Virus record (IMG/VR): IMGVR_UViG_3300020048_000015
Coordinates: 96,001-160,000 of that record
Reading direction: 5' to 3' (one strand)
Length of the DNA: 64,000 bases
Origin: a virus
Positions 19,705 to 30,031 of this stretch are shown here, one piece after another (within the stretch, counting starts at the first letter, position 1; every line of letters begins with the position of its first letter). Under the pieces are notes generated by a model. The model was not told where the DNA came from, searched no databases, and saw nothing but the letters and a program-made list of their open reading frames with translations. The position numbers were made by a program, and so were the translations under genes.

Positions 19705-20550
19705 TTATTTTATTTTATCTAATATTAATTCAACTCTGTTTTCCCAAGTATGATTGTTATAAATATAATCCCTTACTCTTTTAGCTATACATTCCCTCTC
19801 TTGATCATTATCAAGGAAGTATTTTATCTTTTCACCAAGTTCATCTTCTGTATTATAAAACATTTTTGAAATGTCATCATTATAATCCAAATATTTATGA
19901 AAATGTTCATTATAATTTGTAAGCATAAATGATCCACTTGATAATATTTCAAAATACTTTGCGTTTATATCATAAGACATAGATTGATTAAAGCATATTT
20001 TAGAAGACTGCATTTCTTTTATATAATCAATACCATAAGCATTAAGACATTCTATTCCAAATTTATCACATATTCTTTTTCTTTCAGGTAGCATCCCACC
20101 AATAAATACAACATCTCTTGTTTTTATATCAGTATATTGAATCATTTGATGTATTCTTGAAGCAGCATATGGCATAAAAAACGAATTTTCTATATTATAC
20201 TTTTCCAAATCTTGTGGATTATTGAATGCGATATATTCAATATTAGCTTGTTTTATCCATGTTAGGAAATTTACCAAATGTGTATCTATCGCCCAAAACA
20301 ACTTTGGTGTTTTAATAGACACCCAATCCCACCACTTCCAACCACTATAACTTGGATAGTTATCCGTAATTATTATTAAATCATATTTATCAGCTATATT
20401 TGGAATATCTGTTTCTGATATCAATCCATGTGGACCAGCAACATCACAAGTGTGTCCTAGATTTCTAAAAGCATAACACAATTCATATCCTTCTTTCCAA
20501 TCAGAATGTGGCTTCCCAACTAGTAAAACATCAGCTATTAATATTTTCAT
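19705..20550 (-). CDS. CgeB/YkvP-like GT-B glycosyltransferase
   Basis: FWAIDTH, PYAAS, DVVFIG, KICFN and KYFEILSSGSFMLT. Confidence 0.75.
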   Translation of the reverse strand: MKILIADVLLVGKPHSDWKEGYELCYAFRNLGHTCDVAGPHGLISETDIPNIADKYDLIIITDNYPSYSGWKWWDWVSIKTPKLFWAIDTHLVNFLTWIKQANIEYIAFNNPQDLEKYNIENSFFMPYAASRIHQMIQYTDIKTRDVVFIGGMLPERKRICDKFGIECLNAYGIDYIKEMQSSKICFNQSMSYDINAKYFEILSSGSFMLTNYNEHFHKYLDYNDDISKMFYNTEDELGEKIKYFLDNDQERECIAKRVRDYIYNNHTWENRVELILDKIK

Positions 20551-21380
20551 AAATTATATTTATTTTTAATAATTTCTGGATGTTCACCATCAAATTTATA
20601 CACACTTGTTCCATAAGGTTTAAAGTTTTTATCATTTTTAAAATTTTCCCAAAATTCTTTATAAGAATTATTCTTATAAAAATCAGTTTTCCATTTTATC
20701 TGAGAATAATCAACAAAACTATAATGATACATTCTTATACCTTGACTTGTTGTGAAGTTTTGATCTAAAAGATATCCATTATTACAAATACAATCTTCTA
20801 CTAAATAAGAAGGTGGTTCATGTGAAATCCATTTTGATTTATTTGGAACATTTCTAAAAATTCTATACCAAGGACCACAACCCCATTGACTCTTATTACC
20901 TGTGGTTAATCCCCTTTCATCTATACAATATTCAAATCCACCAAAAAAATGATAAGCATTGAACCAAACAGCATCTGGTTTCTTTTCTTCAAGTATTTTT
21001 ATCATTTTTATCATATCATCTTTATGATAAAACTCATCAGAGTCTAACTGCCAAATGTAGTCACCTGTTGATAATGATGACCAAGCATTACACATTTCTG
21101 TTTTTCCATTCCAGAATCCTTTAGATTCTATTAGTTTTATTTTATTTAGTGGATCAGGAATATTTTTAATAACAGATATGGTATCATCAGTAGATCTACC
21201 ATCAATCGTATATTTTGATGTATCTCCATCAAAATAGTGTGTAGTTGCTTTTGTTGCACCTTCAACTATTATTATTTCATGTGCTATATCATAAACATTT
21301 AATATACAAGATTCTAACATACCATTAGGTAAATTATCTATTGCATTAAATACTATCATTCCAAATGTTATTTTCATCAA
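20547..21380 (-). CDS. GT2-family glycosyltransferase
   Basis: IVEGA, STDDT and YIWQLDSDEFY. Confidence 0.75.
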   Translation of the reverse strand: MMKITFGMIVFNAIDNLPNGMLESCILNVYDIAHEIIIVEGATKATTHYFDGDTSKYTIDGRSTDDTISVIKNIPDPLNKIKLIESKGFWNGKTEMCNAWSSLSTGDYIWQLDSDEFYHKDDMIKMIKILEEKKPDAVWFNAYHFFGGFEYCIDERGLTTGNKSQWGCGPWYRIFRNVPNKSKWISHEPPSYLVEDCICNNGYLLDQNFTTSQGIRMYHYSFVDYSQIKWKTDFYKNNSYKEFWENFKNDKNFKPYGTSVYKFDGEHPEIIKNKYNL

Positions 21381-21402
21381 TTTGTTTTCTGTTTTTATTT
21401 TT

Positions 21403-22182
21403 TTATTTTTTTATTCCAATAAAATACTTATCATGTCTCCAATATTGATCATGTAATCCATGAAAATCCCTTTCATAAATTTTAGAAAATTTATTTAAAA
21501 ATGCATTCATATAATTTTCTGATAGTTTTATTGGATGTCCAGTATCAAATATTTCATGTACCATTTTATTAGCATCATTTCCAATAAAATAAACATCAGA
21601 AAATATAAACAACCCATCTTTATTAAGCATATTAAATATTTTATCAAAAATTATATTAATATCAAAACAATGTTCTAATACATTATTCATTATAACCATA
21701 TCATATTTTTCATCTTCATTAAACTCTTCAATTGGTACAGAAAATGTCTTTATATCAAATACACCCATTTGTTTATTTTTATATTTACAATGTGTATGAT
21801 TTAGATAATCATTCAATAATGGATCCAGAAGATGAATTTCTTTCAAATTATTCATAAGTGGTAGTATTGTTCTTACATTTGTAAATGGTCCACATCCCAA
21901 TTCAATAATTTTAGATATTTTATATGAATTTTGATATCCAACTAATGACTTATAAGAATCAAATCTTTCATAATGATCATAATTCCTATCATCTGATAGA
22001 TTTAATCCCATTTCCATCCATGTTTTTCTTTCATAGTGTTGTGCATCATTCCATCTATCTCTATCCACACTTAATATTGCATTATCTTTTATATAGATTG
22101 AATCATTCTTTTCTTTTATAAGTTTTTCTGCTGTATTACCTTGTGATACATTTATATTTTTGTCTATAAATAATTTACCCAT
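21403..22182 (-). CDS. Class I SAM-dependent methyltransferase
   Basis: IIELGCGP, LLDPL, YDMVIMNNVLEH and LNKDGLFIF. Confidence 0.8.
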   Translation of the reverse strand: MGKLFIDKNINVSQGNTAEKLIKEKNDSIYIKDNAILSVDRDRWNDAQHYERKTWMEMGLNLSDDRNYDHYERFDSYKSLVGYQNSYKISKIIELGCGPFTNVRTILPLMNNLKEIHLLDPLLNDYLNHTHCKYKNKQMGVFDIKTFSVPIEEFNEDEKYDMVIMNNVLEHCFDINIIFDKIFNMLNKDGLFIFSDVYFIGNDANKMVHEIFDTGHPIKLSENYMNAFLNKFSKIYERDFHGLHDQYWRHDKYFIGIKK

Positions 22183-22270
22183 TCTAATTTTAAATTTTTA
22201 TTAACTTACAAATTTTCAGAAAATTCATAGTTATTTATTATATATGGAAAATTTCTAATTCCCCCAAAAT

Positions 22271-23275
22271 TTATTTTTTCCAAAAAGAATAAATTCCATT
22301 ATCTAATTCATAATTTTCCCAAACAAATCTTGATCTATTAGGCTGTGTCTTTGCCCAATCCCACATAATTGTTAAACCATCTTTTAAAGATGTTTTGTGT
22401 TCAAATTTTAATATATCAATAGATTTTTGAAAAGTTGGTATTGAACATTCAACTTCGTGCCTTTGTTCTCTATATTCAACAATTATATCACCACCAATTA
22501 CATCACATAAAATTTTATTTGCATCATTTATAGAATATTCTTCTATACCACCCAAATTTATGATTTCTTTAGATGCACTTTTTAAAACAGCAGCATTCCA
22601 AAATGATTCAAGCGAATCATCAATAAAACTAAATGATCTGGTTTGATTTCCCGTTCCGAATATAAGCATTGGTTCATTATTTATATAGTTATACATCCAA
22701 ATACCAAGAACATTTCTATATTTATCCCATATATTTTGATTAATTCCATAAAAATTATGCGGTCTAATTATACACCAATCTAAACCATGTTGAACACCAG
22801 CAATTTGTATATCCATTTCACAAGCATACTTAGCAACACCATATGGATCAATTGGTTTAGGAGTTTGATTTTCATCAAACAAACCACCATAACCATGTCC
22901 ATAAACTGCTAATGTAGATGTAAATACTAACCTTTTCACATCATTTTTAATACATTCATTTACAATTCTTGCTGTTGCCTTCAAATTATTATCATAGTTA
23001 TACATCCTAATAAAAGGTGACAACCCTTCAGCCGCATATGCTGCAAAATGGAAAACATAATCAAATTTATTATCAGAAAAACATCTACTAATATTATGTT
23101 TATTATTAATTAAATTGACATTCCAAAAATCAACTTCTGGATGTATATTTTCTTTATAACCACCACTTAAATCATCAATACCAACAACTTTATATTCTGG
23201 TTTATTTCTTATTATCCAATCTGCTAATCTTGACCCCAACAGACCTGCTACACCTGTAATTAAAACTTTTTTCAT
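22271..23275 (-). CDS. NAD-dependent epimerase/dehydratase
   Basis: ITGVAGLLG, HFAAYAAEG, PYGVAK, IRPHN and RSFSFIDD. Confidence 0.9.
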   Translation of the reverse strand: MKKVLITGVAGLLGSRLADWIIRNKPEYKVVGIDDLSGGYKENIHPEVDFWNVNLINNKHNISRCFSDNKFDYVFHFAAYAAEGLSPFIRMYNYDNNLKATARIVNECIKNDVKRLVFTSTLAVYGHGYGGLFDENQTPKPIDPYGVAKYACEMDIQIAGVQHGLDWCIIRPHNFYGINQNIWDKYRNVLGIWMYNYINNEPMLIFGTGNQTRSFSFIDDSLESFWNAAVLKSASKEIINLGGIEEYSINDANKILCDVIGGDIIVEYREQRHEVECSIPTFQKSIDILKFEHKTSLKDGLTIMWDWAKTQPNRSRFVWENYELDNGIYSFWKK

Positions 23276-23691
23276 TTATAAAATATTTTTTTTATCATTT
23301 TACTTAATTCAGAATTAAAATCAATTGGTAAATTATCCATTTTAAACCATCTATACTCTGAATGTTCTGAATTAATAACTATATCACCAGATTTAATTAC
23401 TAGACTAAAACAAACATTAACTGTATGTTTTTTATCAAATATAGTTTCAGCAACTCCTATTTGATTAATGATCTCTACATCTAATCCAGTTTCATCCTTT
23501 ACTTTTCTAATTATAGAATCTACTAATAATTCATTTTTTAAAACTCTTCCACCAGGAACCCACCACTCACCAATAGCTGGGTAGTTATTCCTTTTTAACA
23601 AAAGTATTTTATCATCATCAATTATGAATCCATCAACACATAAAATAGGAAGAACATCTATTATTTTATCATAAAGCAAATTATCTATCAT
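23272..23691 (-). CDS. NUDIX hydrolase (GDP-mannose mannosyl hydrolase-like)
   Basis: ILCVD, LLLKRNNYPA and WWVPGGRVLKNE...DETG. Confidence 0.8.
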   Translation of the reverse strand: MIDNLLYDKIIDVLPILCVDGFIIDDDKILLLKRNNYPAIGEWWVPGGRVLKNELLVDSIIRKVKDETGLDVEIINQIGVAETIFDKKHTVNVCFSLVIKSGDIVINSEHSEYRWFKMDNLPIDFNSELSKMIKKIFYK

Positions 23692-24719
23692 TAAACAAGA
23701 TTTAGTTTTTTAAACATAGGTCTATTATCTGATATCCAATCTATCATCATACCAACACCATCATCAACACTTATTTTTGGTTCCCATCCAGTATCAGATT
23801 TTATTTTACTTATATCACTTATGTATATTTTTTGATCACCTGGTCTCCAATCGGAATAATCATATTTTAATTTTTTACCCAATTTATCCTCAATTAATTT
23901 TATTAATTCCAACAAAGACATTGTATTAAAAGGACCACCACCAGCGTTGTATACTTTACCAGCACAAACATTAATATTTTTAATAACCGATTTATATAAA
24001 CTTATAAGATCATATATATGTAAAACATCTCTTACTTGTTTTCCATCACCATAAATTGTGAACTGTTTATCAAACATAGATGCTATACTAAACCAAGAAA
24101 CCCAACCTTGATCTTCTATACCAAATTGATTAGGACCATATATACAAGACTGTCTAAGAACAACTGTTTTTAGTCCATATATTCTACTATAATCCCTCAT
24201 ATATTGATCAGCTGTCCCCTTTGAACAACCATATGGTGAATGAAAATCTAAATTTTGATCTTCATTTATCCCTATAAACCCATCACCATATACATATCTT
24301 GAATCTTTTTCTTCTATACTTGATTTAAAATTACCATATACTTTATTAGTTGATGAATATAATACAATTGAGTTAGGTGAATAATTTCTAACACACTCAA
24401 GTATATTAAATGTTCCTATGGCATTTATCTCAAAGTCTTCTCTTGGATTTCTAACAGAAGAAGTAACTGCTACTTGCGCAGCAAGGTGAATAATAACATC
24501 AAATTTATTATTTTTGAAAATATCTTCCATATCAAAATAATTTCTTATATCTCTATTCCAAATTGACATCTTTATATTTTCTTTTAGATATGTAAGATTT
24601 TCTATATTACCCTTTCTACTTAGGTTATCAATTATAAATATTTCATTATCATCTTTAAAAAGTTCTATGGCTGTATTCACACCAATGAAACCAAGACCAC
24701 CTGTTATTAACACTTTCAT
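23691..24719 (-). CDS. rfbE: CDP-paratose 2-epimerase (CDP-tyvelose epimerase)-like SDR
   Basis: HLAAQVAVT, SSTNKVYG, HSPYGCSKG, RQSCIYG, EDQGWV, GKQVRDVLH and WRPGDQK. Confidence 0.85.
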   Translation of the reverse strand: MKVLITGGLGFIGVNTAIELFKDDNEIFIIDNLSRKGNIENLTYLKENIKMSIWNRDIRNYFDMEDIFKNNKFDVIIHLAAQVAVTSSVRNPREDFEINAIGTFNILECVRNYSPNSIVLYSSTNKVYGNFKSSIEEKDSRYVYGDGFIGINEDQNLDFHSPYGCSKGTADQYMRDYSRIYGLKTVVLRQSCIYGPNQFGIEDQGWVSWFSIASMFDKQFTIYGDGKQVRDVLHIYDLISLYKSVIKNINVCAGKVYNAGGGPFNTMSLLELIKLIEDKLGKKLKYDYSDWRPGDQKIYISDISKIKSDTGWEPKISVDDGVGMMIDWISDNRPMFKKLNLV

Positions 24720-25795
24720 TTTTTTTCAATTTTATTTTTTATCAAAGTATTCCATTTTTCATAAATTTTTGATTTTCGATTACTATTAAACTCTTTCATT
24801 TTAGATGATATCTCATCAACATCAACCTCATCAACCAATCTATTTAATTCTTCAAATGAATTATAATATATTATATATGGCATCCATTCTTCATCATAAA
24901 AGTCAGAATATTGTAACCAATGTTCAACAGCTTCATAATTATTATAATCATTTGGATCAAATTTACCATTATGTTTTATAGATGAAAAGCTTGGCATATT
25001 ACAATAGTTATTCCAAGATACTTCTTTTAAAACACTATACTTTTTATCTTTGTAGATTTGTAATAAAAATTCTTTTGTTGGGAAGAATAGTGGTATATTA
25101 GAAGTATATTGTTCAAATATTGACATATATGAAATCTGATAAGGTACATGGATTATACCTTTAAATTTAACTAAGTCATTATGACTGTGACCAGACTTGA
25201 ATAAATCATCTTTATATTTTATTTTATCATTTGTTATTTCTAATATCTTATCTCTTGAATAATATATAAATGAATTATTATTTGATTCATAATATGAATT
25301 ATAATAATCACATATACTTGGTATATGTTCCACATCCCTACCTATAAATTCTTCCATATAATACTTATCATAAAGATTATTAGCTACAAGTATAACAGTC
25401 TCATCATCAACTCCTTCTCTTAGAAATTCGTTAAACTTTTCCCATTCATTACTTCTAAATGAAAATGGCCATTCATATCTAATTGGATTATTTATTATAA
25501 TTGGCTTTTTAAAATGTTTATATAATAATGCAAATGGTGGTGGATATGTAACTATAAAAGCGTCAATAGAATTAAGTTGGTCTTTATATGAATTGTAAAA
25601 TTCATCAGATAATTGTTGAGTTGTTAATATGTTCCATCTACCATTATCTAACATTGGGATGCTATCTTTTTTTCTATTAAAAACCCAAGTATGTTCTGAT
25701 AAAGACATATCTGTAACATCATGTCCAAGCTCAGTAAATATTTTTTTCATATCTGCTATTATAGATATGTGTAAATCTATATTAAAAAATTTCAT
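24716..25795 (-). CDS. Putative glycosyltransferase-like protein
   Basis: FFNIDLHISI, KGIIHVPYQISYMSIFEQY and NIPLFFP (GT-B-like); context. Confidence 0.5.
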   Translation of the reverse strand: MKFFNIDLHISIIADMKKIFTELGHDVTDMSLSEHTWVFNRKKDSIPMLDNGRWNILTTQQLSDEFYNSYKDQLNSIDAFIVTYPPPFALLYKHFKKPIIINNPIRYEWPFSFRSNEWEKFNEFLREGVDDETVILVANNLYDKYYMEEFIGRDVEHIPSICDYYNSYYESNNNSFIYYSRDKILEITNDKIKYKDDLFKSGHSHNDLVKFKGIIHVPYQISYMSIFEQYTSNIPLFFPTKEFLLQIYKDKKYSVLKEVSWNNYCNMPSFSSIKHNGKFDPNDYNNYEAVEHWLQYSDFYDEEWMPYIIYYNSFEELNRLVDEVDVDEISSKMKEFNSNRKSKIYEKWNTLIKNKIEKK

Positions 25796-25810
25796 ATTTA
25801 TTTTTATTTT

Positions 25811-26482
25811 TTACCTATTTATTAGTAATTTCCAGTAATCTGGATGTCTTACATTATTTTCATCAAATACATCACCAACAAATTCATAATCAATTCTTTT
25901 TGTAGGAAATGGTCTTATATCACCACCATATCTTAAACCAAATTCAGAATGTTCAATTGAATTGTCTTTCACCAATGGATAAACAAATTGACCTAAAAAA
26001 TCTTGATCACAACCTTTTATAGAAAATTTAGTCCAATTATTAATCATATTAATCAATCCAATATTTCTAATTATTCCATTCCTACAACCCCACATACCAC
26101 CTAATATAGCTACTGTGTGATATGGATGATCTCTCATTATATGAAAATCTTTATCTGATTCTAACCATTCATTTATTGCAGATACTTCTCTATCAGAAAT
26201 TCTTGAATCACAATCACGTGATAAAAATACATCAACATCAGAATCTTCCGCTGCCCAAAATCGCCAAAACATACCATGAAAAGAATCTTTAGAATCAACC
26301 AAAACAACTTCTACATTATCACCTTTTATAGATTCTATTAATTCTTTTTTACAATCTTTGTCTATATAAAATCTACAAAACCAACTTGGAAAATATTTAT
26401 TAACCAACTTTATATTTTCTAATGCCCCCATCCAATACATCGGATGATCACCCCATAAAGAAAATGCTACAACGTTTTTCAT
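25811..26482 (-). CDS. Conserved glycan-cluster protein (GT-A-like)
   Basis: AFSLWG, MFWRF, SRDCDSR, FHIMRDHPYH, ILGGMWG and DQDFL. Confidence 0.6.
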   Translation of the reverse strand: MKNVVAFSLWGDHPMYWMGALENIKLVNKYFPSWFCRFYIDKDCKKELIESIKGDNVEVVLVDSKDSFHGMFWRFWAAEDSDVDVFLSRDCDSRISDREVSAINEWLESDKDFHIMRDHPYHTVAILGGMWGCRNGIIRNIGLINMINNWTKFSIKGCDQDFLGQFVYPLVKDNSIEHSEFGLRYGGDIRPFPTKRIDYEFVGDVFDENNVRHPDYWKLLINR

Positions 26483-26492
26483 ATTTTATTTA

Positions 26493-27023
26493 TTATTTTT
26501 CTGCCTCTATGTTTAGACTCATCAACATACCATTTTTCTTATCCATATGTGGCAAGTAACACTGTGAAAAATCATCTATGTGACAATGTTCAGTATTTTC
26601 CCAATTATATATTCTAATATTTTTAAACCCAACCGATATTAAATCTTCACTAAGTGTCTTAAAATCCCAACCACAATAATGATAATTAAAACCATGTGAT
26701 TGTCCACCCCACAAAAATCCACGCAATATCCTCAAATCATTATATTGTTGATAATGCTTAAATACCTTTTCAATATCAGGAACAGCTATTCTTAATACAC
26801 CACCTTCTTTTAGAATTTTAAACCATCGTGTTAAAACATTTGTATATTCTATTCTTGTTATATGTTCTAATATATGACAAGCATATATTAAATCAACCGA
26901 ATTTTCAGAAAATTTGCTTAAGTTTTTAACATCATCAACTATATCAACTTTTGGTAATTTTCTTGCATCAATATTAATAAATCCATCTATATGTTTATTA
27001 CCACACCCTAAATGCAACTTCAT
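26493..27023 (-). CDS. Class I SAM methyltransferase (type 11)
   Basis: KLHLGCG, YACHILEH and LKEGGVLRIAVPD. Confidence 0.85.
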   Translation of the reverse strand: MKLHLGCGNKHIDGFINIDARKLPKVDIVDDVKNLSKFSENSVDLIYACHILEHITRIEYTNVLTRWFKILKEGGVLRIAVPDIEKVFKHYQQYNDLRILRGFLWGGQSHGFNYHYCGWDFKTLSEDLISVGFKNIRIYNWENTEHCHIDDFSQCYLPHMDKKNGMLMSLNIEAEK

Positions 27024-27028
27024 TTATT

Positions 27029-27853
27029 CTATTTAAATATTTTATATAAGAAAGATTTTATATTTTCTATCTTATTATTTTCTGGTATCAAATTATAAAC
27101 AAACCAAGGTTGTCTTAAAACTTCCATATATTTATCATCATTTTTATCCAATTCTATAATATATTCTATCATATCTTCCATATTATTAAAATCATAATAA
27201 TTTACAAATGATTTGATATTAAATTCTCTATCTATAACAGGATTACCCCAATAAATAGGAATGGAATTTACACACATAGGTTCCATTATCTTTTCTGTGG
27301 TATAACCTGGATGCTGATTTCTATAAGCATTATTTTCAAATGAAATTGAAAATTTATATTCCGATTGGAATTTTCTTTTATCATTAACTGCATAACCAAC
27401 ATTATTTATATATCTACCACCAGAATCTACCTTTTTATATTTTGATAATTCTTTAAAAAATTCATTTCTTTCTGAACAATTTCCATTAGAAACAACAAAA
27501 TTACAGAATTTTCTATTTAATAAACTATCATCAACCTTTTTATTTACCAAATCATAATAACCATCATATAACAAATAATGTGGCAATCTATAATTTCTAT
27601 CATCATCTAAATAATCATTTGAAAATGAATATTGACAATATCCTAATGGAGCTGGTATATTTTCGGCATAATATGCAATTTTAATACAATTATAATTTTG
27701 ATGCTGATTACCAAATACCGAAAAGAATAAATAATCAGGTTTATCACTTATTTCAACATCAAATTCTTCTACTAATAGATTATAAAAATAATTATCGGTT
27801 TTATTATACCCACCCCAAAAGTCACTAAAATTTATTTTAATCTTCTTTTTCAT
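27029..27853 (-). CDS. GT10 alpha-1,3/4-fucosyltransferase-like
   Basis: KFCNFVVSN, KKVDSGG, YKFSISFEN, GYTTEKI and IPIYWG. Confidence 0.85.
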   Translation of the reverse strand: MKKKIKINFSDFWGGYNKTDNYFYNLLVEEFDVEISDKPDYLFFSVFGNQHQNYNCIKIAYYAENIPAPLGYCQYSFSNDYLDDDRNYRLPHYLLYDGYYDLVNKKVDDSLLNRKFCNFVVSNGNCSERNEFFKELSKYKKVDSGGRYINNVGYAVNDKRKFQSEYKFSISFENNAYRNQHPGYTTEKIMEPMCVNSIPIYWGNPVIDREFNIKSFVNYYDFNNMEDMIEYIIELDKNDDKYMEVLRQPWFVYNLIPENNKIENIKSFLYKIFK

Positions 27854-27854
27854 T

Positions 27855-28541
27855 TTAAACTTTAATTCTTTCTTCTACTGGAAGATTCTTTCTATTATTC
27901 CAGTTAACTTCATCACTTTTCCATTTTGTCTGATAACCTTTATCAGCAGCATCAGCAGGTCTTTTACCATTCGCATAGTGATGATGGGTGAATTCGGTTG
28001 AATCAATCATTCTATCATCAATTAATAACCCCAAATCTTTAGCAGTTAGATATAACTCGCAATCACTAAACATATGATTGTAACTTGGATGATATATAAC
28101 CATATTCATTTTAACTAAAGCAGAATATGTCATTATTGGTACAGTTACAACAGGATGTAACATATTGCTTGAATCAGGTTTTTGATACCCATCGAAAACC
28201 ATGAGAACACCATCTTTATCTTTTAATTTATTTAAGAGATATGTATCCCAATCTTTTGGTGGTGTAAAGTCATCAGAAGCAAAAACAACTATATCATCAT
28301 TATTTCCTATTAAATTAGATGATAGCAAATAACAAGGATAACAAACACCAATTCTATCTGGTTGGTCTGATATTATCATATTAATATTTGATACTTTACT
28401 TTGTATTATATCAGCATCAATTTGTTTATCAACACAAACATAAGTTTTTATATTTTCTTTATTTTCAGCATTATTTAACCAAAAAGAATGCGTGTGAATA
28501 AAAGCATTTGGACGAATTGTAGCCCATAATAGATGAATCAT
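27855..28541 (-). CDS. GT2-like glycosyltransferase
   Basis: VFASDDF, VTVPIM, YHPSYNHMFSDCEL and HHHY. Confidence 0.6.
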   Translation of the reverse strand: MIHLLWATIRPNAFIHTHSFWLNNAENKENIKTYVCVDKQIDADIIQSKVSNINMIISDQPDRIGVCYPCYLLSSNLIGNNDDIVVFASDDFTPPKDWDTYLLNKLKDKDGVLMVFDGYQKPDSSNMLHPVVTVPIMTYSALVKMNMVIYHPSYNHMFSDCELYLTAKDLGLLIDDRMIDSTEFTHHHYANGKRPADAADKGYQTKWKSDEVNWNNRKNLPVEERIKV

Positions 28542-28545
28542 TTAA

Positions 28546-29307
28546 TTATTGTATTTTTTTATCAATTTTTCCAATTTTATCTTTTATAGATTCAAAATAT
28601 GGTATATATTGTTCTTTTGTAACATTTAAGAAATAATTATAGATATTTAGATTTCTATAATATAGATTCCTATCTACTTGAGCTTTTTCATGATATAGAT
28701 GATAACACTTATCTTTTACATTTTCACAATTTAAAAATAATTTTGCTTTATTTGACATAAAATCATCTTCTGCACCCCATCCCCAAAAATCCTCATTCCA
28801 TCCTGCTAATTTTTCTAAAGATTGTTTTTGGAACATAATTATACCACCACACATAGGAACTTTTTGATGATCATTTTCGCCTCTACCTGGTCTTGATATT
28901 GAATATAAATTATCCATATCAAAATTATTAATGAAATTTGATGTTTCTTGTGGGGATAAATCTAATACGGATGAATAAGGATTAACACATTCAAAACTAT
29001 TTAATAATTCAACTGATGATAAAAATGATTTAGAATCCATTATTAAATCAGCATCACCAAATACTATTTTATCATTTATAGCATTTTTTAAGCCAACATT
29101 AAAGCACCAAGATTTATTAAAGGGATAATTATTTTCTAAAAAAATATGTTTGAATTTAAATTCTTTAAAGATATCAATTTTTGATGATATATCACTTTCA
29201 ACAATAATTATTTCACAATCAAATTGTGAAACCCATTTTAATATTGTTTTTAAATTAATTGCTCTATCTTCTGAATGTCGATAAGCAATAATATATGAAA
29301 AATTCAT
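28546..29307 (-). CDS. GT2/GT7-like glycosyltransferase
   Basis: FNKSWCFNVG, FGDAD, WNEDFWGWGAEDD and HLYH. Confidence 0.8.
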   Translation of the reverse strand: MNFSYIIAYRHSEDRAINLKTILKWVSQFDCEIIIVESDISSKIDIFKEFKFKHIFLENNYPFNKSWCFNVGLKNAINDKIVFGDADLIMDSKSFLSSVELLNSFECVNPYSSVLDLSPQETSNFINNFDMDNLYSISRPGRGENDHQKVPMCGGIIMFQKQSLEKLAGWNEDFWGWGAEDDFMSNKAKLFLNCENVKDKCYHLYHEKAQVDRNLYYRNLNIYNYFLNVTKEQYIPYFESIKDKIGKIDKKIQ

Positions 29308-29370
29308 TTTATATTTATACTATTTTATTAATATATAAAAAATAATCATCTTTGTTTTAATATATACAAT

Positions 29371-30009
29371 ATGAAATACTTAAAATTATTTGAAAACTTT
29401 AATAATGTTCCATTTAAAGGGTTTTCTGATATTGTCAAATTTGATAATGTTAAAAAAAGAAATATAAATATAAATAATGAAAATCTAATAACAATAGATA
29501 ATGGAAAAACTGTTTTATTAAAAAAAGACACTACCTTATTAGCTAAAGTAATATATGATAAAATTGATGATAAGATTAGTATCAGTATGATAGAATCATA
29601 TGCAAGAGGATATGGGAAAATATTAATGCTTCATTTAATAGAAGAATATGGATATGATAACATCATCACAAAAGTATTAACTAAAGCTGGTCAAAAAATG
29701 ATGGATGATTTAAATGATTTATATAATTTTAAAAAACTATCAAACTTTTTAAATAGAAAAGATTTATTTAAAAGTATAAATGATCAATTAATAATAACTG
29801 TATTAGATAACATCTGTGAATATGGTATAAAAAACACTTTAAAAGCTTTCAAAAATGACATTATAGACAATAAAATAAATAATATAGATATAGAAACATT
29901 AGTTGACATATCATCTTGGATAGACGATTCAGTTCAAAATAATCATAGTATAGATGATAATATTCCAGATTATATCTATGATGAAATAGAAAAATTAAAA
30001 AACCGATAG
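29371..30009 (+). CDS. Hypothetical protein with MKYLKLFENF leader, possible GNAT-like core
   Basis: Leader; ISMIESYARGYGKILM...LTKAG; TAATATATA at 29358-29366. Confidence 0.6.
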   Translation: MKYLKLFENFNNVPFKGFSDIVKFDNVKKRNININNENLITIDNGKTVLLKKDTTLLAKVIYDKIDDKISISMIESYARGYGKILMLHLIEEYGYDNIITKVLTKAGQKMMDDLNDLYNFKKLSNFLNRKDLFKSINDQLIITVLDNICEYGIKNTLKAFKNDIIDNKINNIDIETLVDISSWIDDSVQNNHSIDDNIPDYIYDEIEKLKNR

Positions 30010-30028
30010 ATAATTCTATCGGTCTTTT
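29997..30028. terminator. Bidirectional terminator
   Basis: accgataga / tctatcggt inverted repeat. Confidence 0.7.
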
Positions 30029-30031
30029 AAT

